A stretch of DNA of 64,000 bases from an uncultured Pseudomonadota bacterium (GTDB lineage Bacteria; Pseudomonadota; Gammaproteobacteria; Steroidobacterales; Steroidobacteraceae): positions 6,830 through 70,829 of the forward strand of contig CAVVKQ010000013.1 in assembly GCA_963748985.1 (NCBI GenBank), read 5' to 3'. This document shows, piece after piece, positions 18,269-27,605 of the stretch (its first letter is position 1; the number at the start of each line of letters is the position of its first letter). The position numbers were made by a program, and so were the translations under genes. Under the pieces are notes generated by a model. The model was given only the letters and a program-made list of their open reading frames with translations. It did no database searches and had not been told where the DNA came from.

Positions 18269-19776
18269 GTCGGGCCGTGCCGGCCGGACGCAGGCTCGCG
18301 CGCATCCAGATCGGCAACGCGAGTGTCCGCCTCGGCAGGCACTGGGCGTTGCGTGATGTTTCTCTCGACATACGCGCCGGTGAGCATTGGTTGCTGCTCG
18401 GACCGAACGGCGCCGGCAAGACTGTGCTGCTCAAACTGCTGCGTGGCGACGTGTGGCCGACACCCACTGGACGCGAAGCCCGTCGCTATCACCTGCGCGA
18501 TGGCGAAGTGCTCGAGCAGCCGCTGTTCGCGGCCGAACGCATGGCCTACCTGGGTCCTGAGCGGCAGGATCGGTACGTGCGTTACGAGTCGCAGCTCGAC
18601 GTCGCGCAGGTCGTGCTCACGGGTTACGACGATTCCGACTTGCCGCTGCAGGCCCCAACACTTGCTCAACAGCGACGCATCCGGCAGGTGCTGCAGCAAG
18701 CGGGCCTGGCCGGTTATGCGTCGCGAACGTTTCTTTCGCTGTCGTACGGTCAGCGTCGCCGCGTGCTGCTGGCGCGCGCCTTCGTGCGCGAACCCGACGT
18801 GCTGCTGCTCGATGAGGCGCTGAACGGCCTCGACATCAAAGGGCGCGCGGCATTCCTGCGCGCATTGCGGCGCGTGTCGTCGCCGGGGACCGCGTGGATA
18901 CTGACGAGTCATCGGCGCGGTGACGCACCCGCGGGTCTTACGCACATTGCGCGTATTGCCCACGGCCGCATCGAACACGTCACGGACCTGCGAGTCGGCG
19001 CCATCGACCCATCCGCATCACAAACCGAGGCGGGACCGGAGATCGCGTCGGATGCGCAGCGCCGCCCGCCTGGTGCGAGCGTGGTCGAGGGCAGGATTCG
19101 CGCCGCAAAGCCACTGCTGCGCTTGCATCGGGCTGCGGTGTACCGGGAGGAGCGGTCCGTCATCGGCACGTTCGACTGGGCACTGGAGCGAGGCCAGCAC
19201 TGGTACGTGCGCGGCGCCAACGGATCGGGCAAGTCCACGTTCGTAGCTCTGCTCTACGGTGATCTCTGGCCCGCGCATGGCGGCAAGCGCGAGCGTTACT
19301 GGTCCGCGGCGGACGACTGGAAGGCCAGGGTCGGACTCGTCTCGCCGGAGCTGCAGGCGCGGTATGCCGCGACGGGGTGCACGGTCGAACAGATCGTCGC
19401 ATCCGGGTTCCACGCCAGCATCGGTTTGAACGAGTGGCCGACCGCTGCGGAGTTGCGACGCGTGCGGCGTGAATTGCGCGCGTGGGGGCTGACGAAGCTG
19501 GCCGCGCGACAGGCGCGCGAGTTGTCGTATGGCCAGCTGCGCCTGGCGCTGGTCGCCCGCGCATTCGTGCGGTCGCGCCGGCTGTGGCTGCTCGACGAAC
19601 CATTCGACGGTCTCGATGCCGAGGCGCGGCAGCGGTTTCGGGCAAGGCTGGATGGCGCGGTGAGCCGTGGCGCGACTGTGGTGATGGCCACCCATCACGT
19701 GGACGACGTGCCGTCCTACGTGACCCGCGTGCTGACGCTGCGGCGTGGTCGTGCGCCGGTCGTCACCATTCGCTGA
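18253..19776 (+). CDS. Tandem-ATPase ABC protein without a transmembrane domain (ModF-like)
   Basis: 507 aa with two ABC cassettes. Walker A GPNGAGKT and GANGSGKS; signatures LSYGQRRR and LSYGQLRL; Walker B LLLDEAL and WLLDEPF. No adjacent permease or binding-protein gene. Confidence 0.85.
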   Translation: MAHGVSRAVPAGRRLARIQIGNASVRLGRHWALRDVSLDIRAGEHWLLLGPNGAGKTVLLKLLRGDVWPTPTGREARRYHLRDGEVLEQPLFAAERMAYLGPERQDRYVRYESQLDVAQVVLTGYDDSDLPLQAPTLAQQRRIRQVLQQAGLAGYASRTFLSLSYGQRRRVLLARAFVREPDVLLLDEALNGLDIKGRAAFLRALRRVSSPGTAWILTSHRRGDAPAGLTHIARIAHGRIEHVTDLRVGAIDPSASQTEAGPEIASDAQRRPPGASVVEGRIRAAKPLLRLHRAAVYREERSVIGTFDWALERGQHWYVRGANGSGKSTFVALLYGDLWPAHGGKRERYWSAADDWKARVGLVSPELQARYAATGCTVEQIVASGFHASIGLNEWPTAAELRRVRRELRAWGLTKLAARQARELSYGQLRLALVARAFVRSRRLWLLDEPFDGLDAEARQRFRARLDGAVSRGATVVMATHHVDDVPSYVTRVLTLRRGRAPVVTIR

Positions 19777-19783
19777 GCACAAG

Positions 19784-19802
19784 GCCGCGCGAAGTGCGCG
19801 GC
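19784..19802. terminator. GC hairpin between convergent genes (possible bidirectional terminator, no U-tract)
   Basis: Stem GCCGCGC (19784-19790) / GCGCGGC (19796-19802) with loop GAAGT, lying between the ABC stop (19776) and the PhzF stop (19814). Confidence 0.3.
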
Positions 19803-19813
19803 AATGCCGGGCG

Positions 19814-20722
19814 TCAGAGCGGAAGCACTGCCTCGCAGACGATCACCGCGTCGCCAGTCACGCGCACGCCGGACGCGCGTTTGCCGCTGCACGCTACGGT
19901 GACTTCGACGCGGCCCGGCCGATCGACGAAGCGGCCCTGCAGTCCCACGAACGATGCCTTGCCTGCCTTCGGAGTCAACAGCCCGTTGTGCAGCAGGTAC
20001 ACGCCAAGCATGCCGTGTGCGTTGCCGCTGACCGGATCCTCGGGCACGCCGATGACCGGGCAGAACATGCGCGACTCGGTGGTCGTCGGGTCAGACCCTG
20101 GCTTGACTGCAAAGACGAAGAAGCCGTCGGCGCCGACGTGCGACGTGAGGTGAATCAACTGGTCCATCTTCGGCTGCAGCGAGTCGAGCGTGTCCGGCGA
20201 CTGCAGGCCAAGCAGCAGGCGCGAATTCGCCGTGCTCATCACCTGCACCGGGCAGGCCGGGTGCAGGCTCGACGAACTGATGCCCAGCGCATCGAGCACC
20301 GGGCCCAGGCGTTCTTCCGGCACGACGGGGCCGAACGTTGCGGGTGTCTGGTCGATCGTGACGCGCAGGTTGGGCGCTTTGCCGGTCACTTCGACGCCGA
20401 CAATCCCGGCCGCCGATTTCTGCCGGACCTTGCCACGCGGCACGCCATCGGCCATCGCACGCACGTAGTGCGCGGCGACGGTCGCATGACCGACGAAGCC
20501 GACTTCACGGCGTGGCGAGAAGAAACGCAGCTCGACGTCGTAGTCGGGTGAATCCGAACCGAGCACGAAGGCCACTTCAAAGCCGGCCAGCTCGCGCGCA
20601 ATACGGCGCATCTCCTGCTCCTCCAGCACATCCGCATCGAGCACGACCGCGGCCGGGTTGCCGCAGAAACGCTCCCGCGTAAAGGCATCGACGAGGAACA
20701 GACGGCATTTGCGCTGAGTCAT
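19814..20722 (-). CDS. PhzF-family isomerase-like protein
   Basis: 302 aa. N-terminus ..LFLVDAFTRERFCGNPAAVVL.. and ..MFCPVIGVPEDPVSGNAHG.. are typical of the PhzF/YddE family. Confidence 0.85.
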   Translation of the reverse strand: MTQRKCRLFLVDAFTRERFCGNPAAVVLDADVLEEQEMRRIARELAGFEVAFVLGSDSPDYDVELRFFSPRREVGFVGHATVAAHYVRAMADGVPRGKVRQKSAAGIVGVEVTGKAPNLRVTIDQTPATFGPVVPEERLGPVLDALGISSSSLHPACPVQVMSTANSRLLLGLQSPDTLDSLQPKMDQLIHLTSHVGADGFFVFAVKPGSDPTTTESRMFCPVIGVPEDPVSGNAHGMLGVYLLHNGLLTPKAGKASFVGLQGRFVDRPGRVEVTVACSGKRASGVRVTGDAVIVCEAVLPL

Positions 20723-20827
20723 GGTGGCGGCGGGTTTTCTGAGCTTCGAGAACGGGCATTAGTGCCCAGCTGCTGCGCCCCGTCAACATTTTCAGGTCGT
20801 CGCGTCGCGTTTGAGCCCTATAATTCG

Positions 20828-20943
20828 CGTCACCTTGGGGTGGCCTGCAGGGCCTGAGATGTCGACCGCGGCCGCGCAGCATGGCGCCGCACATCGACGA
20901 ACCCGTTGAACCTGATCCGGTTAGTACCGGCGGAGGGAGTGGG
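20828..20943 (+). promoter_or_regulatory. TPP (THI-box) riboswitch, preceded by a perfect TATAAT -10 box at 20819-20824
   Basis: Conserved THI-element blocks read directly: CTTGGGGTGGCC..CTGAGA (20834-20860), a variable P3 insert, then ACCCGTTGAACCTGATCCGGTTAGTACCGGCGGAGGGA (20901-20938). It lies immediately upstream of a thiamine-salvage operon. Confidence 0.88.
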
Positions 20944-20975
20944 TATGCGTCCCGGACTGCTGCCAGTTTATTCGT

Positions 20976-23090
20976 ATGCATTGCGCGCCGTATGCCGGCA
21001 GCCTGACCGCGTCCTTGCGGCATGGATCACCCTGCTTCACCATGCTGCTGCCCGCCGCAAACCTGGCCACCGCCGCGAGCCCGGTCGTCGCGCAACCTTC
21101 ACCACCACTCGAGGAAATCATCGTTACGGCATCGTTGCGCGAACGGCCGCTCGCAGCGGTGCCTGCGAGCATCACGGTGCTGGGTCAGGAGACACTGCAG
21201 TCGGCCGGGCTGCAGCATTTCGGCGACGTGCTCGGCCTGGTGCCGAACCTCAACTGGTCCGGCGGCACGTCGCGACCGCGGTTTTTCCAGCTCCGCGGCA
21301 TCGGCGAACTCGAACAATACCAGGGCGCGCCGAATCCTTCGGTCGGCTTTCTCATCGACGACATCGACCTGAGCGGTGTCGGCATGCCGGCGACGCTGTT
21401 CGACACGCAACAGGTCGAAGTCTTGCGCGGTCCGCAGGGCACGCGCTATGGCGCGAATGCGCTCGCGGGCCTGGTCAAGATCAAGACGCGCGACGCGTCG
21501 ACGACGCCGGATCTCCACGCGGAAGTCACGGGTGCCGAGCACGACACCTGGTCGGCCGGAATGGCGGGTGGTGGCGCAATCGGCAGCACCGGCTCGGCGT
21601 GGCGCATCGCCGGCCAGACCTATTCGAGTGACGGGTACCTGCGCAATGCCTACCTCGATCGTGACGACACTAACGGCCGCGACGAGTCGACGCTGCGCGG
21701 CAAGCTGAGGTGGGAACTGGCGCCAGGCTGGCGTGCGGATCTCGCTGCCCTGTACGTTGATATTGACAACGGCTTCGACGCCTTCACGCCCGACAATTCG
21801 CGCACGATGCTCTCGGACAGGCCGGGTCGCGATGCGCAGCGTGCGCGCGGTGTGTCCGCGGACGTTGCGGGCAGGTTCGGGAGTTACACGGTGCGCAGCG
21901 TCAGTGCGTACGCGAGGTCCGACAGCGTGTACAGCTTCGACGGTGACTGGGGCAACGATGCGTACTGGGGTGAGTTCGCGCCCTACGACTATTTCTCGCG
22001 CTACGCGCGCGAGCGCTCGACGTTGAGCCAGGACCTCCGCGTCGAGAGCAACCCGGGTGGCGTCGTCGACTGGGTGGCAGGACTCTACGCGCTGCGGCTC
22101 AATGAGGATTCGCAGCAGCGCGACGAATTCGCCGGCGAGCTGCTGCGCCCGCTGCTCGCAACGAGTTACGCAGCGACGAGCCTGGCGGCCTATGGCGAAG
22201 CCGAGTGGCGGTTGCCGCAGGAATTGTCGCTCACCGCCGGGATGCGCGTTGAAACGCGGTCCGCCGATTACGGCGATTCCGACGGCGCGCGTTTCGACCC
22301 GCGCGACGCGATGGTCGGTGGCCAGGTCTCGTTGCAGGGGCCGCTCGCTGAGTCGAGCAAGTGGTACGCCACGGTGGCGCGCGGCTACAAGGCGGGCGGC
22401 TTCAACATCGGGCAGTTCGTGCCGGACGAGCGGCGCGAGTTCACGCCGGAATACCTGTGGAACGCCGAGTCGGGTATGCGCTTCGGCAACGCCGGGGCAG
22501 GAGTGCAGGGCGATATCGCGCTCTTCTACATGTGGCGGGAAGACCAGCAGGTGGCGACGTCGTTCCAGCTCGATCCGGGAGATCCGTTGTCATACGTCTT
22601 CTATACCGACAATGCCGCCAAGGGACGCAACTACGGACTCGAAGCCTCGCTCGCCTGGCAACCCGTCGAGCGTTTGAACCTCGGTGCGACGCTGGGGTTG
22701 CTGCATTCCGCATACGTCGGCTACCGCTATGGCGATCGCAATCTCGATGGTCGTGAGCAGGCGCATGCACCGGGGTATCAGTACTCGTTGTCCGCGCAGT
22801 GGGGCGGCGGGGAAGGGTGGATGGCACGCGCGGACCTGAACGGCGTCGACGCGTTCTACTTCGACACCAGCCACGACCAGCGTTCGGACCCGTACTCGTT
22901 GCTGAACCTCAAGGCCGCTTACTTGCGCGGCTCCTGGTCGGTCGAGGCATGGGTGCGCAACGTCTTGAACGAGACCTACGCGGTCCGAGGGTTTTATTTC
23001 AGGCTCGAGCCGCCAGACTATGCCGACAAGCTGTACTTTCAGCGTGGCGATGGGCGGCTCGCGGGAATCACTTTGCAGTGGCGCTGGTAA
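20976..23090 (+). CDS. TonB-dependent receptor, riboswitch-controlled (candidate outer-membrane thiamine/precursor receptor)
   Basis: 704-aa ORF. Plug motifs ..LEEIIVTASLRERPLAAVPASITVLG.. and ..VLRGPQGTRYGANALAGLV..; C-terminus ..AGITLQWRW. The start is uncertain: ATG 20976 or ATG 21042, and neither has a good SD. Confidence 0.85.
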   Translation: MHCAPYAGSLTASLRHGSPCFTMLLPAANLATAASPVVAQPSPPLEEIIVTASLRERPLAAVPASITVLGQETLQSAGLQHFGDVLGLVPNLNWSGGTSRPRFFQLRGIGELEQYQGAPNPSVGFLIDDIDLSGVGMPATLFDTQQVEVLRGPQGTRYGANALAGLVKIKTRDASTTPDLHAEVTGAEHDTWSAGMAGGGAIGSTGSAWRIAGQTYSSDGYLRNAYLDRDDTNGRDESTLRGKLRWELAPGWRADLAALYVDIDNGFDAFTPDNSRTMLSDRPGRDAQRARGVSADVAGRFGSYTVRSVSAYARSDSVYSFDGDWGNDAYWGEFAPYDYFSRYARERSTLSQDLRVESNPGGVVDWVAGLYALRLNEDSQQRDEFAGELLRPLLATSYAATSLAAYGEAEWRLPQELSLTAGMRVETRSADYGDSDGARFDPRDAMVGGQVSLQGPLAESSKWYATVARGYKAGGFNIGQFVPDERREFTPEYLWNAESGMRFGNAGAGVQGDIALFYMWREDQQVATSFQLDPGDPLSYVFYTDNAAKGRNYGLEASLAWQPVERLNLGATLGLLHSAYVGYRYGDRNLDGREQAHAPGYQYSLSAQWGGGEGWMARADLNGVDAFYFDTSHDQRSDPYSLLNLKAAYLRGSWSVEAWVRNVLNETYAVRGFYFRLEPPDYADKLYFQRGDGRLAGITLQWRW

Positions 23091-23121
23091 CGGCGCTGCG
23101 ATCAGTCATGAGGACATACAG

Positions 23122-23379
23122 ATGCGCACGGCAGTGGAAATCAGCCTCTATCCCCTCGACGCGGACTATGTGCCGCCGATCAAGGACTTCATCGAACGCC
23201 TCAATGCCTACCCGGATCTCGATGTCGTGACCAATGCGATGAGTACCCAGGTGGCTGGCGAGCACGAACTGCTGTTCAGTGCGCTCGAGAAAGAGACTCG
23301 CCGGACGTTCGGCGGCGGGCGCCGGGCCGTCTTTGTCATGAAGGTACTCGGCGGCACGCCGACGTCGGACGAAGGTTGA
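23122..23379 (+). CDS. MTH1187/YkoF-family (DUF77) thiamine-binding protein
   Basis: ORF 23020..23379, trimmed to ATG 23122 (MRTAVEISLYPLDADYVPPIKDFIERL..MSTQVAGEHELLF..RAVFVMKVLGG), 85 aa. Size and pattern fit the small ferredoxin-fold thiamine-binding family. Confidence 0.7.
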   Translation: MRTAVEISLYPLDADYVPPIKDFIERLNAYPDLDVVTNAMSTQVAGEHELLFSALEKETRRTFGGGRRAVFVMKVLGGTPTSDEG

Positions 23380-23987
23380 CCCTGCTCGACCCGGTGCTGG
23401 GCGCATTCGCGGCCGTACCCGCCATCGAATGGGTGGCGGCTGGCCTCGCGCTCGGCTACCTCGGGCTCGCGATCCGGCAGAACGCATGGTGCTGGGCGTT
23501 CGCCGTCGCCAGTGCGTTGCTCTTCCTCATAGTCTTCGCGCGCGCGGATCTCGTCATGCAGGCCGCGCTGCAGGTCTTCTACGTCGGCATGTCCGTCTAT
23601 GGCTGGCGTTCGTGGCGTGGCTCCGCATCCAAGGCTCCTCTCGCCGTCAGCCGCTGGACGATGCGGCAACATGCAGTGGCCTGGGCCGCCATCGCCGCCT
23701 TCGCGCTGGTGAATGGCTGGGTGATCACGCGGGGAGCGTCGTCGTGGGTGCCCTATCTCGACGCTGCGATCGCATGGGGCAGCGTGCTCACGACGTGGAT
23801 GGTTGCGCGCAAGGTGCTCGAGAACTGGCTGTACTGGGTGGTGCTGGATTCCGCCGCGGCCCTGCTTGCCGCCTGGCAAGGACTTGCGGCTACCGCATTG
23901 CTGTTCCTGCTGTACACGGCGTTGGCGTTGCGCGGCTACTGGCAATGGCGCAGGGACGCACGCCTCGCAGTCGCAATCGGAAGTTGA
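23376..23987 (+). CDS. pnuT: PnuC-family transporter (PnuT-type, thiamine-linked by context)
   Basis: 203-aa polytopic membrane protein (..WVAAGLALGYLGLAIRQNAWCWAFAVASALLFLIVF.., ..QVFYVGMSVYGWRSW.., ..WLYWVVLDSAAALLAAWQGL..). TTG start at 23376 overlaps the previous stop (TTGA). Confidence 0.8.
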   Translation: MTLLDPVLGAFAAVPAIEWVAAGLALGYLGLAIRQNAWCWAFAVASALLFLIVFARADLVMQAALQVFYVGMSVYGWRSWRGSASKAPLAVSRWTMRQHAVAWAAIAAFALVNGWVITRGASSWVPYLDAAIAWGSVLTTWMVARKVLENWLYWVVLDSAAALLAAWQGLAATALLFLLYTALALRGYWQWRRDARLAVAIGS

Positions 23988-24904
23988 CGGTCGTGCAGGC
24001 GCAGTGGCAGCAGGCTGAGCGTGCGGCGCGGGCCGCCCTCGCAACCGAGGCCGACACCGCTGCGCTCGCAGTGGCGACGTTCGAGCCCATCGCAGGCAGC
24101 CTCAGCAATTTCGCCTGGCACGTGTCGGTGCCCGGTCAGGATCGGTTCGTACGCGTCGCACGCGCAGGCAATGAACAGCTTGGGGCCGACCTGCACGCAG
24201 AAGGAGAGATTCTCCGCCTCGTCGCCAGGGCCGGGCTCGCGCCGCAAGTGGTGCGTTGCGATCCGGCGGCACGACTGCTGGTTACGCAGTGGATTGCCAG
24301 TGCGAAGACCGATCTTGCTGCCGCGGGCCGTGATCGAACGCTGCGGCAGGTGGCGGCGATGCTGCGCCAGCTGCACGAACTGACGCCGCCACCGGGCCTG
24401 CGTGTCGTCGATTTCGCGGTGCAGGCGCGCCGGCTGGGAACCGCCCTGCCGGCGGAGGCCGTGCGGCCCGCACTCACCGCGTGCGCCGAGGAGGTTCTGT
24501 CGCGACTCGGCCCGGGTTGCGCGACTGCGCTCTGCCATCACGACGTCCACACGCAGAACCTCGTGGCCGACCCTGCTGGCCGGCTTTGGCTGGTCGACTG
24601 GGAGTACGCCGGCCTGGGCGACCCGGTGTTCGACCTCGCGTCCTGCGCCAGTCAGCTGGAGTTGTCTGCAGCAAGCGCCGGTCTTCTATGCGACGAATAC
24701 AACCGCGCGGGCGGGAAGGTCGAGCTGTCGCGGCTGGATCTCGCACGCTGGGCCTTCGATTACGTGCAGTGGCTCTGGTACCGCGGTCTGTTGGCGTCGG
24801 TGGCGCCCGGTCCCGATGCCTTTGAGGCGGCCTACCGGGCGGAACGGATTGAACGTGACTTGCAGGCGCGTGCATCCGGGGTCTTGCGCTGCAATAATGA
24901 CTGA
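23984..24904 (+). CDS. APH/choline-kinase-fold phosphotransferase (thiamine-kinase-like by context)
   Basis: ORF 23429..24904. The start is set at TTG 23984 (TTGA overlap with the pnuT stop); GTG 23993 is an alternative. Catalytic loop and DxE motif: ..LCHHDVHTQNLVADPAGRLWLVDWEYAGLGDPVFDLA.. Confidence 0.75.
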   Translation: MTVVQAQWQQAERAARAALATEADTAALAVATFEPIAGSLSNFAWHVSVPGQDRFVRVARAGNEQLGADLHAEGEILRLVARAGLAPQVVRCDPAARLLVTQWIASAKTDLAAAGRDRTLRQVAAMLRQLHELTPPPGLRVVDFAVQARRLGTALPAEAVRPALTACAEEVLSRLGPGCATALCHHDVHTQNLVADPAGRLWLVDWEYAGLGDPVFDLASCASQLELSAASAGLLCDEYNRAGGKVELSRLDLARWAFDYVQWLWYRGLLASVAPGPDAFEAAYRAERIERDLQARASGVLRCNND

Positions 24905-24934
24905 TTCGGGCAACAACGACTGACGGGTGCGTGC

Positions 24935-25252
24935 ATGGCGAAGATGGTAGTGACCGACCGCGACGGCAACGTCCACGAGGTCGAGGGACGTGTCGGCGTC
25001 AAGCTGATGGAAACGCTGCGGGAATACGATTACGGCGTCACGGCCATCTGCGGCGGGCTCTGCTCGTGCGCCACGTGCCACATCTTCATCAAGCCCGAAT
25101 GGATGCCGAAGCTGCCCGCACCGCAGGGCGATGAGAAGGAGCTGCTGGTCGAACTCGAGCACTACGACGCGCCGACTTCGCGCCTCAGTTGCCAGGTCGA
25201 TTTCACCGAGGCGCTCGACGGCCTCGAGCTCAGGATCGCGCAGGACGAGTGA
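24935..25252 (+). CDS. 2Fe-2S ferredoxin (adrenodoxin/putidaredoxin type)
   Basis: 105 aa. Cluster ligands in ..CGGLCSCATCH.. plus ..RLSCQV.. Confidence 0.88.
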   Translation: MAKMVVTDRDGNVHEVEGRVGVKLMETLREYDYGVTAICGGLCSCATCHIFIKPEWMPKLPAPQGDEKELLVELEHYDAPTSRLSCQVDFTEALDGLELRIAQDE

Positions 25253-25286
25253 TCAGGGGGCCTTCGAATTGCCGGGATGAGCCCGT

Positions 25287-25850
25287 ATGAAACTTGGACC
25301 GACGCTCGAAGAACGTATCCGCCATCTCGAGGACCGGGTGGCAATCGGCGAGTTGATCGCCCGCTACTGCCTCGTCGTGGACAACCGGGACGTCGACGCA
25401 ATCGAGTCCCTGTTCACGACGGATGCGCGAGTCTGGTCCGCCGACGGGGTCATGGATGCGCGTGGAAGGCAGGCAGCCATTGAAATGTTCAAGGGCCGGT
25501 TCACCGTGCTCGGTCCCAGCAACCACTTCACCCACGACCGCATCGTGGAGTTCGACCACATGGACCCGGACCGCGCGACTGGCCTCGTGCTTGCCCACGC
25601 CGAGATGCAGCGCAAGGGCCAGCCGATGCTGGCTGCGATCCGCTACCAGGACGTGTATCAGCGCTGCGAAGGCCGTTGGCGCTTTCGTGAGCGTGGGCTT
25701 TCGTTCATGTACTACGTGCCCACTGCCGAGTATCTCGACGCGCTGGGCCCCGGGATCGCAAATCGCATGCGGGCGTATGATCGCGCGGTGCCGGCCGACT
25801 GGCCGGAGCAACTGCCTACCTGGCAGCACTATTACGGCAAATTGACATAG
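25287..25850 (+). CDS. NTF2-like / SnoaL-like domain protein
   Basis: 187 aa. N-terminal pattern ..LEDRVAIGELIARYCLVVDNRDVDAIESLFTTDA.. is typical of SnoaL_4/NTF2-fold proteins. Confidence 0.7.
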   Translation: MKLGPTLEERIRHLEDRVAIGELIARYCLVVDNRDVDAIESLFTTDARVWSADGVMDARGRQAAIEMFKGRFTVLGPSNHFTHDRIVEFDHMDPDRATGLVLAHAEMQRKGQPMLAAIRYQDVYQRCEGRWRFRERGLSFMYYVPTAEYLDALGPGIANRMRAYDRAVPADWPEQLPTWQHYYGKLT

Positions 25851-25861
25851 AGGACCCATGG

Positions 25862-26827
25862 ATGCCGCTTCCGGCTGCGTTTCGCGATCGACTCCGTCTT
25901 CCCGTTATCGGTGCGCCAATGTTCATCGCCTCGACGCCGGACCTGGTCATCGAGCAGTGCAAGGCCGGCATCATCGGTTCGTTTCCGGCGCTGAACGCGC
26001 GCCCGGCATCGACGCTCGACGAATGGCTCACTCGCATCCGCAACGAACTCGACGCTCACGCTGCGGCGAATCCCGGTTCGCGGGTGGCGCCGTTCGCCGT
26101 CAACCAGATTGCGCACGTGAGCAACGACCGGCTCCAGCACGACATGGACGCGTGCGTGCGGCACCAGGTGCCGCTCATCATCACGAGCCTGCGCCCGCCG
26201 CGTGAAATCGTCGACGCCGCGCACAGCTACGGTGGCCTCGTGTTCCACGACGTGATCAGCGTGCGGCATGCGCGCAAGGCCGTGGAGCAGGGCGTCGACG
26301 GCATCATCGTGGTCTGCGCCGGCGCGGGTGGTCACGCGGGCCTGGGGAGTCCGTTTGCGCTCGTTCGCGAAATCCGCAAGTTCTTCGACGGCACGTTGGT
26401 GCTCTCCGGTGCCATGTCGAGCGGAGCGGACGTGCTTGCGGCGCAGGCGATCGGCGCGGACATGGCCTACATCGGCACGCGATTTCTTGCGACGACCGAA
26501 GCCCACGTCCTGCCCGAGTACAAGCAGATGCTCGTCGACTCGACTTCCGACGACGTCGTGTACACCTCGCTCTTCACTGGAGTGAAGGGCAATTACCTGA
26601 GGCGAAGCGTGGCCGCCGCTGGACTCGATCCGGACAACCTGCCGGAAGCGGACAAGTCGAAGATGAACTTCGGCTCCGGCGGCAACATGGAAAAGAAAGC
26701 CTGGCGCGACATCTGGAGCGGTGGGCAGGGCGTCGGCAACATTCACGACGTGCTGCCTGCGCGCGACGTCATTGCGCGCATGGTCCAGGAATACGACGAG
26801 GCCCGTCGGCGCCTCGCCAGCGCTTAG
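25862..26827 (+). CDS. Nitronate monooxygenase (NMO / 2-nitropropane dioxygenase family)
   Basis: 321 aa. ..LPVIGAPMFIASTPDLV.., ..GIIVVCAGAGGHAG.., ..GADMAYIGTRFLAT.. match the FMN-dependent NMO family. Confidence 0.85.
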   Translation: MPLPAAFRDRLRLPVIGAPMFIASTPDLVIEQCKAGIIGSFPALNARPASTLDEWLTRIRNELDAHAAANPGSRVAPFAVNQIAHVSNDRLQHDMDACVRHQVPLIITSLRPPREIVDAAHSYGGLVFHDVISVRHARKAVEQGVDGIIVVCAGAGGHAGLGSPFALVREIRKFFDGTLVLSGAMSSGADVLAAQAIGADMAYIGTRFLATTEAHVLPEYKQMLVDSTSDDVVYTSLFTGVKGNYLRRSVAAAGLDPDNLPEADKSKMNFGSGGNMEKKAWRDIWSGGQGVGNIHDVLPARDVIARMVQEYDEARRRLASA

Positions 26828-26843
26828 CCCGGGAGTGAGTCAC

Positions 26844-27605
26844 ATGTCCGTTTCTTTCGATCTGTCGGGCCGTGTCGCGCTCGTCACCGGTGGCAGCCGC
26901 GGCATCGGCGAGGCCATGGCCAAGGGATTTGCGCAGTATGGCGCGCAGGTGATCGTCTCGAGCCGCAAGCAGGAGGCTTGTGACGAGGTTGCGGCGGAGA
27001 TCAACGCAGCGGGCGGCAAGGCCACTGCGATCGCGTGCCACATCGGCGACATGGATGCGCTGCATGCCTTGTTTGCACGTGTCCAGTCGGAATTTGGACG
27101 TCTCGACGTGCTGGTCAACAACGCCGCGGCGAATCCCTATTACGGCCACGTGCTCGACACCGACCTCGGTGCCTTCCAGAAGACGGTGGACGTCAACATT
27201 CGCGGCTACTTTTTCGCGTCGGTGCTCGGGGGCCGCATGATGCGCGACCAGGGCAAGGGCTCGATCATCAACGTCGCGTCGGTGAACGCGGTGCGGCCCG
27301 GCCCGAAGCAGGGGATCTACTCGATCACCAAGGGCGCCGTGCTCAACATGACGAAGACATTCGCGAAGGAGTGCGGACCGCACGGTATCCGCTGCAACGC
27401 GATCCTGCCGGGTCTCATCCGCACGAAGTTCGCCGGTGCGCTGCTGGCCGACAAGGACCAGACCGAACATTACCTCGCGACGAATCCGCTGGCCCGCGTC
27501 GGTGAACCACAGGACCTTGCGGGCGCCGCCTTGTTTCTCGCCTCGGACGCATCGGCGTACGTGACGGGAGAGTATCTGGTCGTGGACGGCGGGTTTCTGA
27601 CCTAG
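26844..27605 (+). CDS. Short-chain dehydrogenase/reductase (SDR)
   Basis: ORF 26721..27605, trimmed to ATG 26844. TGGSRGIG cofactor motif, NNAA, and the YxxxK catalytic motif (..YSITKGAV..). 253 aa. Confidence 0.88.
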   Translation: MSVSFDLSGRVALVTGGSRGIGEAMAKGFAQYGAQVIVSSRKQEACDEVAAEINAAGGKATAIACHIGDMDALHALFARVQSEFGRLDVLVNNAAANPYYGHVLDTDLGAFQKTVDVNIRGYFFASVLGGRMMRDQGKGSIINVASVNAVRPGPKQGIYSITKGAVLNMTKTFAKECGPHGIRCNAILPGLIRTKFAGALLADKDQTEHYLATNPLARVGEPQDLAGAALFLASDASAYVTGEYLVVDGGFLT

